64,000 nt of DNA from a bacterium (GCA_021785355.1 JAJYFR010000003.1:21509-85508); one strand, 5' to 3'. Counted from the stretch's first letter, positions 1 through 8,376 are shown. Program-made: numbers and translations. Notes: generated by a model not told the origin, from the sequence alone.

Positions 1-705
1 CCTACCAATCAGCCTACTTGTAAATTGTACCCTATGTTTTTCATCCAAAACATTCTGATTTTTAAGATGAGTGACAAGTTCGTTAAAGAAAGAAGAGATT
101 TCTCTATAGAATTGTTCATTTAGAGGATGTATATCAAAACTTTTCCAAAGAATTTCATGAATATTACCTTTATTTGAGTAATCAAAATCTTGAAACCAAT
201 TATTAAAAATCTCTTTTTGTGTATGATTTAGTTTTTGACTAAGCTCTAAAGTACGTATCTTATATTCTTTACTTAAAACAATTATCAATTTATCAGCTTC
301 TTCTGGAATTATAAAATCTATCCCAATAGGTCTATTCTTATTAAATTTTTCATCTTCAAAATTCTTTGTTAATGCAGTAATTTTTAAAATATTATTTTTA
401 TTGACTTTGGATACCCAAAAAAGATTGAACTCAATATTTCTATCATTATCTTGAGCTAGAACATATGTTGCTTTTCTATCTGAATATCCTGGAGCATTCA
501 GTGTCCAACTTATATTTCTTGTTTCTTTAGATAAACTAGGAAAATATAATAATGTTTTTGAAATATCAGTAATACCAAAAATAGAAACTATCTCTTTTGC
601 TATTTCAACTGCTGAATCAAAAGAATGATTTTCATTTGCAAATTTAAGTGCTTCATTTATTCTATCAAAATGTGTTGAATTTTTGTTATTTGTTTGAACT
701 GACAT
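1..705 (-). CDS. Partial CDS running off the window start, product unknown. It is the distal gene of the PLD/SNF2 operon and a possible defence partner protein.
   Basis: An ATG at 705 on the minus strand overlaps the stop of the upstream 686..4168 gene by 20 nt. The frame stays open to position 1 and translates as MSVQTNNKNSTHFDRINEALKFANENHSFDSAVEIAKEIV... No motif I can name with confidence. Confidence 0.4.
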   Translation of the reverse strand, partial: MSVQTNNKNSTHFDRINEALKFANENHSFDSAVEIAKEIVSIFGITDISKTLLYFPSLSKETRNISWTLNAPGYSDRKATYVLAQDNDRNIEFNLFWVSKVNKNNILKITALTKNFEDEKFNKNRPIGIDFIIPEEADKLIIVLSKEYKIRTLELSQKLNHTQKEIFNNWFQDFDYSNKGNIHEILWKSFDIHPLNEQFYREISSFFNELVTHLKNQNVLDEKHRVQFTSRLIGR

Positions 706-3700
706 AGTATAATATTTGTTTTACATTATTTGGTAAAATAGGTTCTTCTTTATTATCTTTAATATCTCTGGCTATAATTATAAGTTTTGTCAAATCATCA
801 TAGTACGGTTTGTTTTCTTTTTGTGATCTTGAAATCTTTCTTACTAATTTTATAATATTTCTTTTTTCATGGTAATTTTTTGTATTAAGCGCCTCATCAA
901 CTATTTCAATATCCTCAATATCATAATTTAATTCACTCATCAATCTAAGTAATTTTATATTCAAACCTTTTGCACTCTCTTCAGCTGGTGTAAAAGTATA
1001 TGCTTCTATATCACTTGCTTTATTAACAATAGACTCTTTCTTTACAGATATATTATCTTTAAATCTTTCATTATCTGTCACTTCTGTTTTCAATATATTT
1101 AATGCTTCTAAATAAGGAATCAAATGTATATTAGCACTATCTTTGTCCATCCCAATAAATTGAGGATATAAATATGTATCATCTTTCAAAAGATGACTTA
1201 ACACCATTACAGGAAAATAGTTTGTTTTATAAGAAGGTATTACTCCCCACTTTCCAAGTGGAATATCATAAATTGACTTTTTATATTCTATTGGAAAATG
1301 ATCACTCTTTTCAAATGATTTAAGATCTAATATAAAATCATCTTCTGCCATAAGTAAGTCACTCTTTTCTTCAATAGTCGTTAACGCTTGAATCCTTTTT
1401 TGCTCGTCATCACTATATAAATCTTTAATACTCTCCACAAAATCAATTGGATTTTCTACTTCACCTAAAACAGATTGATCACTTCCTATTGTATTACTTA
1501 TCATCTCAATCTTACTTTCTAATCTTTTTACTAGTTTAAGATATAGTTCAAGCTTAAATTCAGGCCTCATATTATATATATATACATTCTCATAGTTAGA
1601 TCCTATTCTATTAATTCTTCCATTTCTTTGGATCATTCTTACTGGATTCCAATGTAGGTCATAATTAATAATTATCCCAGCATCTTGTAAATTTTGTCCT
1701 TCTGATAATATGTCTGTAGAAAATAAATACCTAATTTCATCATTATTTAAAGTATAACCCTTTGCTATAGGAGAAAATCGTTTAGCTAAAATCTCCGAAT
1801 CATTCCTGTTTTTTGTTGAAACGAAAGCAGTATTACTTTCATTTAAAAGTCCATTTGATAATTTGAATATATTTTTCTCCAAATAATTTATAGTGTCAGC
1901 AAAATATGAGAATATAAGAACTTTTTCTCCAGCCAATTTTTCTTTATCAAGCTTTTTTAAAAGATCAATTAATGCATTTAACTTTGAATCCGGATTTTTA
2001 AAAAGTTTTAACTCTTTTAGAATAATATCTATAAGTTCAAATTCTTTTTTTATATCGTTAGAGAATGCTTCTAGATTATATTTAGTATTATTTACTTTAT
2101 CTAATACCATATCACTTTCTTCACCTATTATACTTGGATCATCAAGAGATTCATCTATATCTATCATCTTTAAAGCATCTTTTAAAACTTCTAAATCTTT
2201 TACTCCTACTATCTCATGATGTTTTTCTAAAGCTTCATTAAATTGTTCTAATTTTTCCTTATAGTTTCTCAAAGATTTTGATATTGCCTCAACTGATGAC
2301 TCCATTCTCTTAAGATACATTGTCCTGAAAATTCCATATATCCCTCTTTGTTGCTGTAAATCCCTACTTTCGTCTCCAGTTAATTTCAAAGCTTTGATTT
2401 CTTCAACTGTTTTACCGTAATATTTCCTTTGATATAATCTCCATCTATATGGGATAAATCCTAGCATTAAAATAAGTTGAAAAATGAAATAAATGGGAGA
2501 TTCATTTAATAAAGTTTTAATTTTAGTAGAATCTTCAGTAAGCTTATCTAGCTGATCTAATGGATGTTTTAAATCTGTACATTTATCAACAATCTCTTGA
2601 GGATCATATTGATAAAGTTTTTCTACATCAAAAGATACTTTTGCATCAAGATTAAGTATCTTATTATTTAATGATGATTCAAAATTATATTGATAATTTT
2701 CAGGTATTGCTTTAGGAAAACTTTTCTTTTCCTCATCTATAGTTAAGTGTCCATATTCTTTTTCTATACCTTGTCTAGTTCTCCTTACAACTACGCTCCT
2801 AATAATAGGAGCCATTACTTGTTTTATATTCTCATAATCAATTTCTTCTTCCTGTTTACTTTGTCTAGTAATTTTTCTTTGTAAATTCTCAATTGCTTGA
2901 ACAAAATCTACTTGTGATGTTTGACCAGATTTACTATCTCTTATAGTAATTTGTATGATATCTCCTCTTCCTCTCGTTCCTAATAGAATTTGATTAGTAA
3001 GATCCTTAAGTTCATTATTTATAGGAGTAGCTGTTAGGAGTAAAACATGTGCTTGTTTATTATTTTTTATCCAATCCAAAAGTTGTTCATATCTCTTTCC
3101 ATTAGATTTTCTCAAGTTATGAGATTCATCAATAACGAATAATGAGACTGAAGCAATATTATCTAAATTTCTTTCCTTTTGTATTGCTTCACTATTTTGT
3201 AAGGTTATTGGCGTTACATTAGTTAGTCCCTGACCAGTAAGTTCACTTTCCCATTGATCAGTTAAAGATTTTGGACATATAATTGCTACTCTTTTTCTTC
3301 CTTCTTTACTATCAATATATTGTTTAATTACTCCAATCGCAGTTATAGTTTTTCCTAATCCTACTGAATCAGAAAGCATTGCAGTTTTAAATTTATTAAG
3401 TTTGCGTATAAGTTGCTGAACATTCCTTTTTTGAAATTCCATTAATTCGTGTCTTGAATGACTAGTTTCTACTAATTCTACTTCTTCTAACTCTTCTTTA
3501 TATAACTCATACAATGTTTTTATATACATCTCATATGGACTAAATAACATATCTCCAACAGGAGAGTACTCAAGAATTTCCGTAAAATGATGATTCCATT
3601 CTTCTGACTCATTCCAAAATTCATCAAACCAATATAAATGTCCAACCTCTTGGTTATCATTTTTAGGTTCATAGGTTACTATTCTTGAATCATTTTCAAG

Positions 3701-4168
3701 TGCATTAAGCTCAGTATTCTTTGTAAGACCATTTCCTGTAAAATTAGATGATCCTATAATTCCAATCGCATTAGAAGATTCAAAATTACCAAATATATAA
3801 CACTTTGCATGTAGAAATGACTTTTTATATACCCTCACCTCAAGAACTCCTTTTGAGATAAGATCTTTTATTGAGATAATTGTTTCTTTTAATTTTTCAT
3901 TCGGAGTGAGAGCTTCCAAATCTTTGAATATATCTCTTTCTGGATAATCTGGTTCAGGATCATTTAATTGATGACGTGGAATTAAAGGTTCTCTTCCTAT
4001 TAATAAACGGATTTTTTTATAACCTTTTATTTGCTCTAAAAGCATATCAATACTTTGAAGATCCCAATAACCAGTAGCTATCGACAGTTCATCATACTCA
4101 GAAGAAATATTTTTGATTGTATCTAAAAGTAAAACTCTATTGTTATCAATAATTTTAACTATTTTCAT
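686..4168 (-). CDS. Fusion protein with an N-terminal PLD-like (phospholipase D / NucT-type) nuclease domain and a C-terminal SNF2-family helicase.
   Basis: PLD HxK..GSxN motif: LHAKCYIFGNFESSNAIGIIGSSNFTG near residue 120. SNF2/DExH helicase motifs: motif I LSDSVGLGKTITAIGV, motif II VIDESHNLR, motif III LLLTATPINN, motif VI QRNGRINRIGS. 1160 aa. Confidence 0.8.
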   Translation of the reverse strand: MKIVKIIDNNRVLLLDTIKNISSEYDELSIATGYWDLQSIDMLLEQIKGYKKIRLLIGREPLIPRHQLNDPEPDYPERDIFKDLEALTPNEKLKETIISIKDLISKGVLEVRVYKKSFLHAKCYIFGNFESSNAIGIIGSSNFTGNGLTKNTELNALENDSRIVTYEPKNDNQEVGHLYWFDEFWNESEEWNHHFTEILEYSPVGDMLFSPYEMYIKTLYELYKEELEEVELVETSHSRHELMEFQKRNVQQLIRKLNKFKTAMLSDSVGLGKTITAIGVIKQYIDSKEGRKRVAIICPKSLTDQWESELTGQGLTNVTPITLQNSEAIQKERNLDNIASVSLFVIDESHNLRKSNGKRYEQLLDWIKNNKQAHVLLLTATPINNELKDLTNQILLGTRGRGDIIQITIRDSKSGQTSQVDFVQAIENLQRKITRQSKQEEEIDYENIKQVMAPIIRSVVVRRTRQGIEKEYGHLTIDEEKKSFPKAIPENYQYNFESSLNNKILNLDAKVSFDVEKLYQYDPQEIVDKCTDLKHPLDQLDKLTEDSTKIKTLLNESPIYFIFQLILMLGFIPYRWRLYQRKYYGKTVEEIKALKLTGDESRDLQQQRGIYGIFRTMYLKRMESSVEAISKSLRNYKEKLEQFNEALEKHHEIVGVKDLEVLKDALKMIDIDESLDDPSIIGEESDMVLDKVNNTKYNLEAFSNDIKKEFELIDIILKELKLFKNPDSKLNALIDLLKKLDKEKLAGEKVLIFSYFADTINYLEKNIFKLSNGLLNESNTAFVSTKNRNDSEILAKRFSPIAKGYTLNNDEIRYLFSTDILSEGQNLQDAGIIINYDLHWNPVRMIQRNGRINRIGSNYENVYIYNMRPEFKLELYLKLVKRLESKIEMISNTIGSDQSVLGEVENPIDFVESIKDLYSDDEQKRIQALTTIEEKSDLLMAEDDFILDLKSFEKSDHFPIEYKKSIYDIPLGKWGVIPSYKTNYFPVMVLSHLLKDDTYLYPQFIGMDKDSANIHLIPYLEALNILKTEVTDNERFKDNISVKKESIVNKASDIEAYTFTPAEESAKGLNIKLLRLMSELNYDIEDIEIVDEALNTKNYHEKRNIIKLVRKISRSQKENKPYYDDLTKLIIIARDIKDNKEEPILPNNVKQILYYVSSNK

Positions 4169-4172
4169 ATTC

Positions 4173-4391
4173 TTATTTATTATTAACTCCTTTTAATAAA
4201 CTGTCAATTGGTATTTTTAAAGCTCCTGATATTTTTAATAATTTTTCAATACTTGGGTTTTTAATAACTCCATTCTCAAGTTTGGTAATAGTTGTAAATG
4301 GAACAGTAGAACTTTTAGCCAAATCTTCTTGAGTTAAACTTTGTTCTAATCGTATTTTTTTAATATTTTTTCCTATAATACTTAAATCCAT
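4173..4391 (-). CDS. XRE-family (Cro/cI-type) helix-turn-helix transcriptional regulator.
   Basis: 72 aa; HTH region LTQEDLAKSSTVPFTTITKLENG. Sits immediately upstream of the PLD/SNF2 gene on the same strand with a 4-nt gap. Confidence 0.75.
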   Translation of the reverse strand: MDLSIIGKNIKKIRLEQSLTQEDLAKSSTVPFTTITKLENGVIKNPSIEKLLKISGALKIPIDSLLKGVNNK

Positions 4392-4394
4392 ATA

Positions 4395-4429
4395 TTGATA
4401 TCAATCAAGTGTTTATATGATGTTAACAT
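4395..4429. promoter_or_regulatory. Two perfect 10-bp palindromes in the divergent intergenic region, candidate operator sites for the XRE regulator.
   Basis: TTGATATCAA at 4395-4404 and ATGTTAACAT at 4420-4429. Both are perfect palindromes between divergently oriented genes (4391 minus, 4474 plus). Confidence 0.3.
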
Positions 4430-4473
4430 ATTATTAGTTTTGAATAAAGATATATAGTATAATTAACTTAATC

Positions 4474-5052
4474 ATGTGGATAATCATTATAGCCTTTTTA
4501 GCATTAATAGTGTCCTATATAACATTTATTTATACTAGAAAATCATACGAAATATCTGTTTTGCCTTGTATAAAAATATCTTTTTTGAAGCAAGACAGTT
4601 CAGTCTTATGTTATGTAAAGAATATAGGGAGTGGCGTCGCTTTTGATATTGAAATACAAGAACAAATGATGAGATTTGAAAAGGAAAATGTATCTTTTCA
4701 TTTAGAATTAATATTGAAAGATAACAACATGCTTGATATAGGACAAAAATCACTTTTAGATGTTAAAGCGTATGAAATTATTAATGATAAGAAGCAAGTT
4801 AGTCTTCAAGATTTTGTATCAGGAATATTAAAAGAATCTGATTCAAAATTTTTAGTAACATTTAAAAATATTGGAGGAAAAAGATATTATTCAATAATAA
4901 ATTATAAAATAAAAGATGATCATGATTATATAAATATTTCTCCTCCAAAAAAGCTTAGTATTTTCAATGCAATTTTGGATAGTAGAGATAAAACAGATCT
5001 AATAAATATTTATATTGCTTATAAGAAAAGAATTTTTTTATTATCCAAATAA
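4474..5052 (+). CDS. Hypothetical membrane-anchored protein.
   Basis: 192 aa; N-terminal transmembrane helix MWIIIIAFLALIVSYITFIY followed by a soluble domain. No recognisable motif. Confidence 0.4.
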   Translation: MWIIIIAFLALIVSYITFIYTRKSYEISVLPCIKISFLKQDSSVLCYVKNIGSGVAFDIEIQEQMMRFEKENVSFHLELILKDNNMLDIGQKSLLDVKAYEIINDKKQVSLQDFVSGILKESDSKFLVTFKNIGGKRYYSIINYKIKDDHDYINISPPKKLSIFNAILDSRDKTDLINIYIAYKKRIFLLSK

Positions 5053-5100
5053 TAAAAACACTAAACTGTAACTTAACTAATAAATTTATTGAACTAAAAC

Positions 5101-5412
5101 ATGGACTTAAAAACATTTATAAAAAAATCTATTGTTGATATAACAAGTGGAGTAGTAGCATCAAACAATACACCCAATAGTTCTTACATGGTAAGATTAC
5201 AAGATTCTAGTGAAGGATATAATATAGAATTTGATATTGCAGTCATAGTAAAAGAAACTGACAATAACTCCAAAGATAAAAATATAGGAGCACAAATTAG
5301 TGTCTTATCTATGGGGTTGAAAGCTGGAATAAAAAGTGATAAAGATCATAGTAATGAAAATAGCACTGTAACAAGAATTAAATTCAAAGTGGAAGCGATA
5401 AAGACAAGATGA
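5101..5412 (+). CDS. Hypothetical protein.
   Basis: 103-aa ORF. Its stop overlaps the start of the next ORF (ATGA overlap at 5409-5412), suggesting translational coupling. Confidence 0.35.
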   Translation: MDLKTFIKKSIVDITSGVVASNNTPNSSYMVRLQDSSEGYNIEFDIAVIVKETDNNSKDKNIGAQISVLSMGLKAGIKSDKDHSNENSTVTRIKFKVEAIKTR

Positions 5413-6119
5413 GAATGAAGATTCAAAAATATGCAGACTTTGGGACTTCTTCACCATGGTTTGCAAGAATAAATGATATAAACTATATATTAGAACCGAT
5501 TTTTTTATTTAGAACACGACCATCATCTGATGATATAAAAAATGCAGAGATAAAAAAAGAGAAACTGAATAATATAAAATTTGAAGTCATAAAAGAACTA
5601 GGCAAAGCATATTTGAGTTTAGATACATTAAAAAATAAATCGAAAAATTTACCCCAACTCAATATTGAAAATGAATACAATAATATTTATGAATCTTTAT
5701 GGAGGGCATATAAGGATAGATCTTTGTTATTTATAAAAAATCTAGATTACGATATAGGATTCATGTTTAAAAATGATAAAGATTTCAGAAAGGATGGTTT
5801 AATTTTCATAAAAAATAATAATGTAGATGATAAATTCCTAGATCTTATTGAGGAAAAAAGGATTACCTGGCAGAACGAATTATCTGATTTCAGGAATAAT
5901 TTTTTAGATCACTTAAAAACAGATAAATCTCTTCAATACCAACATTTTTACACAATAAAAAACGTAGAGTTAGTCTTTGATCATGTATGGAAGTCCATAG
6001 AAGATATATGGATAATCCTTATTAAAAGTTATTATCCTTTAAATTTTGATTTAAGGGAAATACCTAAAGATAAAAGAGACAAAAATAACCCTATAAAATT
6101 TGAAATTATCAATATTTAA
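5409..6119 (+). CDS. Hypothetical protein.
   Basis: 236-aa ORF coupled to the preceding ORF; no recognisable motif. Confidence 0.4.
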   Translation: MRMKIQKYADFGTSSPWFARINDINYILEPIFLFRTRPSSDDIKNAEIKKEKLNNIKFEVIKELGKAYLSLDTLKNKSKNLPQLNIENEYNNIYESLWRAYKDRSLLFIKNLDYDIGFMFKNDKDFRKDGLIFIKNNNVDDKFLDLIEEKRITWQNELSDFRNNFLDHLKTDKSLQYQHFYTIKNVELVFDHVWKSIEDIWIILIKSYYPLNFDLREIPKDKRDKNNPIKFEIINI

Positions 6120-6246
6120 CAAATACTTGTTAATAATACAAATTAAGCATCAATTTTCTAATTAAGCATACTCTAATTTATCCCTTTACAAAGCTATTTT
6201 GCACCTACTATTTCAAACTATTGACATTACTTTCATATAGTTATAT

Positions 6247-6266
6247 ATTATCCTTATAGGGATAAT
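6247..6266. promoter_or_regulatory. Inverted repeat (7-bp arms, 6-nt spacer) downstream of a sigma70-like promoter, ahead of the recombinase operon.
   Basis: ATTATCC-ttatag-GGATAAT at 6247-6266. TTGACA at 6221-6226, 17-nt spacer, TATATT at 6244-6249. Confidence 0.3.
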
Positions 6267-6291
6267 ATATTAGTTAATAAGGTATAAGAAT

Positions 6292-6465
6292 ATGGCAAGA
6301 TTAAAGGGCAGTAAAAACAAAAAATCAAGTTCAAACGATCGTCCTATCACATCAAATTTATCAACAGAGGAAAGAATCAGATTTCTAGCAAATATCATAG
6401 TATATAGAATCATAGAGGACCAGAATACAGATAGCATTTTATTTAAGAACTTAAATTTAAAATAG
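6292..6465 (+). CDS. Small basic ORF (57 aa) translationally coupled to the serine recombinase gene. Possible recombination directionality factor or excisionase-like accessory protein.
   Basis: ATG at 6292, stop TAG at 6463-6465, recombinase ATG at 6468. Translates as MARLKGSKNKKSSSNDRPITSNLSTEERIRFLANIIVYRIIEDQNTDSILFKNLNLK. AAGGTA ribosome-binding site upstream. Below the 60-aa cutoff of the supplied ORF track. Confidence 0.3.
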   Translation: MARLKGSKNKKSSSNDRPITSNLSTEERIRFLANIIVYRIIEDQNTDSILFKNLNLK

Positions 6466-6467
6466 AT

Positions 6468-8207
6468 ATGGACAATATAAGAATGGAAAACGCTGTAGCT
6501 GCAATTAGAGTATCATCTGTAAAACAAGGAACTGACGGAGATTCTCCTGAAGCTCAAAGAGAACAAATAGAAAGATTTGCTGAAACTCATAATATCAATA
6601 TAAGGAAGATATTTGTTTTTCTAGAATCTGGATCTAAAGAAAAACAACCAGTACAAGAAGCAATTGATTATTGTAAGAATCCTAAGAATAATATTCAACT
6701 TTTTATCATTAAATCCATAGACAGATTCACTAGAGGTGGATCATATTTTTATGATGGTCTTAAAATGCAATTAGACCAAAAAGGAGTAAAACTTATTGAT
6801 ATTTATGGTGTTATAGGAACTCATGATGTAAATACTCTAGAACATCTTGGAGTATCATATAACTGGAGTGTCTACTCCCCTACTAAAAAAGCAGAGATGC
6901 TTGAGGCAGAAAGAGCAAAAGATGAGATGAGAGATATCATGTCAAGAATGATTGGAGCTCAAATAAGGTATATAAGGATGGGATATTGGGTACACAGAGC
7001 CCCATTCGGATATATGAATGAAAAGGTTGAAACATCTAATGGTAAAAGAGTTCTGTTAAAACCAGAACCAACAGAATCTGTATGGATAATTAAAATGTTT
7101 GAGTTAAGAGCAAGAGGCACATTAGATGACCATCAAATTGTAGATACCATAAATTCCATGGGATTCAAAACAAGAATTGAACTTAAAAGAAATCCGAAAA
7201 ACAGAACTCAGATTATAGGACAAAAAGGAGGAAACAAACTTACGTTGAAAGCATTATGGAGATTTATAGAAAATCCTATCTATGCAGGTATACATGTAGG
7301 AAGTTGGAATAAAGGTTTCCCTATAAAAGGCAGATATGCGGGATTAGTTTCATTTGATATCTTTAATAAAGCAAATAAAGGAAAAATCACAATAAGAGAA
7401 GATAATGGTGAGATAAAAGTATACAAAAGAGAACCAAAAGATTATCTAGTTCAAAAAGGAGTCAAAAACTCTGAATTTCCATATAAAAAATATGTTTTGT
7501 GTCCTCATTGTATGAAACCACTGTATGGGAGTGCATCTCGTGGCAAACTAGGTAAATATTATCCTGCTTATCATTGTAATAAGAGAGGTCACTATTTTAG
7601 AGTTCCCAAAAAAGATTTTGATGCTACAATATCAAAGTTTATAAAAAACATAAATCTATCACAAGAATATATTGACGCACTTCAAAAAGTAGTATTAGAG
7701 GAATGGGATAAAAGAAGTAATGAGATCAACAAGGATAAAGTAAACATTGATCAAAGAATCAGTGAACTTAAAATGCAATCAAAGGCAACTGTAGATAAGA
7801 TCAAATACCTTCAATCTGAAGTTGCTATAAAATATCTAGAGGCTGATTTAATAGAGAACGAGAATGAAATTGAAAAGTTAATGGTCAAAAAGGAAAAAGA
7901 GACAAAAGAACCAGTAAATATGGTCAAGGTTATGGAGTACATAAAATACTTTCTGGAACACCTTGATAATTTACTGCTACAAAGCGATAATCCTATAGAT
8001 AGAGCTACCTATTTTAGTGCTATTTTCAACCATGCTCCAACCTATCAAGAATTGATTTCTGGAACACCAGATTTAGCTGATTGTATCAGTCTAAACAAGG
8101 TCTTTATACAGGGTCGTGGACAGCTATCTGGGATGCAGGGACTCGAACCCCAAACTTCAGGACCAAAACCTGGCGTGATGCCATTTCACCACATCCCAAT
8201 ATATTGA
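6468..8207 (+). CDS. Large serine recombinase (resolvase/invertase N-terminal catalytic domain, recombinase domain, zinc ribbon, coiled coil).
   Basis: Catalytic motif AAIRVSSVKQ (nucleophile Ser). Zinc-ribbon cysteines CPHCMKPLYG...YHCNKRGH. Coiled-coil region. The last ~30 codons read through antisense tRNA-Gln sequence, so the true C-terminus and attachment site lie at the gene/tRNA junction. Confidence 0.85.
   Translation: MDNIRMENAVAAIRVSSVKQGTDGDSPEAQREQIERFAETHNINIRKIFVFLESGSKEKQPVQEAIDYCKNPKNNIQLFIIKSIDRFTRGGSYFYDGLKMQLDQKGVKLIDIYGVIGTHDVNTLEHLGVSYNWSVYSPTKKAEMLEAERAKDEMRDIMSRMIGAQIRYIRMGYWVHRAPFGYMNEKVETSNGKRVLLKPEPTESVWIIKMFELRARGTLDDHQIVDTINSMGFKTRIELKRNPKNRTQIIGQKGGNKLTLKALWRFIENPIYAGIHVGSWNKGFPIKGRYAGLVSFDIFNKANKGKITIREDNGEIKVYKREPKDYLVQKGVKNSEFPYKKYVLCPHCMKPLYGSASRGKLGKYYPAYHCNKRGHYFRVPKKDFDATISKFIKNINLSQEYIDALQKVVLEEWDKRSNEINKDKVNIDQRISELKMQSKATVDKIKYLQSEVAIKYLEADLIENENEIEKLMVKKEKETKEPVNMVKVMEYIKYFLEHLDNLLLQSDNPIDRATYFSAIFNHAPTYQELISGTPDLADCISLNKVFIQGRGQLSGMQGLEPQTSGPKPGVMPFHHIPIY
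8118..8188 (-). tRNA. tRNA-Gln (anticodon TTG), no encoded CCA.
   Basis: Reverse complement TGGGATGTGGTGAAATGGCATCACGCCAGGTTTTGGTCCTGAAGTTTGGGGTTCGAGTCCCTGCATCCCAG. U1:A72 pair and G73 discriminator typical of bacterial tRNA-Gln. Anticodon loop TTTTGGT. Confidence 0.7.
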
Positions 8208-8209
8208 AA

Positions 8210-8285
8210 TGGAGCGGAAAACGGGATTCAAACCCGCGACCTTATCCTTGGCAAGGATATGCTCTATCAACTGAGCTACTTCCGC
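8210..8285 (-). tRNA. tRNA-Gly (anticodon GCC), CCA encoded.
   Basis: Reverse complement GCGGAAGTAGCTCAGTTGATAGAGCATATCCTTGCCAAGGATAAGGTCGCGGGTTTGAATCCCGTTTTCCGCTCCA. Anticodon loop TTGCCAA. Confidence 0.8.
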
Positions 8286-8293
8286 ATAAAACT

Positions 8294-8366
8294 TGCCACA
8301 AGTGGGGGTCGAACCCACGACACAAGGCTCTTCAGGCCTCTGCTCTACCAACTGAGCTACCGTGGC
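8294..8366 (-). tRNA. tRNA-Phe (anticodon GAA).
   Basis: Reverse complement GCCACGGTAGCTCAGTTGGTAGAGCAGAGGCCTGAAGAGCCTTGTGTCGTGGGTTCGACCCCCACTTGTGGCA. Anticodon loop CTGAAGA. Confidence 0.8.
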
Positions 8367-8376
8367 ATATTACAAT

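Larger units (their letters stand above)
1..8207. mobile_element. Probable integrative genomic island with its right boundary at tRNA-Gln. The left boundary is outside the window.
   Basis: The serine recombinase gene abuts and overlaps tRNA-Gln at the start of a tRNA cluster. Cargo includes a regulator, a nuclease-helicase and unannotatable genes. No second att copy is visible in the window. Confidence 0.5.

Noticed and set aside
1893-2219. Antisense/shadow ORFs inside longer genes. Examples include 1893..2219, 4535..4753, 5483..5680, 9436..9663, 12444..12731, 12933..13148, 14817..15020, 25765..25953, 27051..27302, 27798..28016, 28188..28379, 35581..35787, 49491..49883, 49503..49736, 51248..51547, 59024..59347, 59438..59620 and 60208..60390.
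   Set aside because: Each is fully embedded in, on the opposite strand or another frame of, a much longer ORF with clear domain signatures. Low-complexity AT-rich translations are typical of shadow ORFs.
8118-8188. Alternative anticodon reading (TTT/Lys) for the first tRNA of the cluster.
   Set aside because: A 5-bp anticodon stem places the 7-nt loop as TTTTGGT (anticodon TTG). The U1:A72 pair and G73 discriminator are hallmarks of tRNA-Gln.
6468-8207. Considered trimming the recombinase CDS so it ends before the tRNA.
   Set aside because: No in-frame stop occurs before 8207, so the ORF was kept as is. The read-through into tRNA-Gln is noted as the probable integration junction rather than genuine coding sequence.
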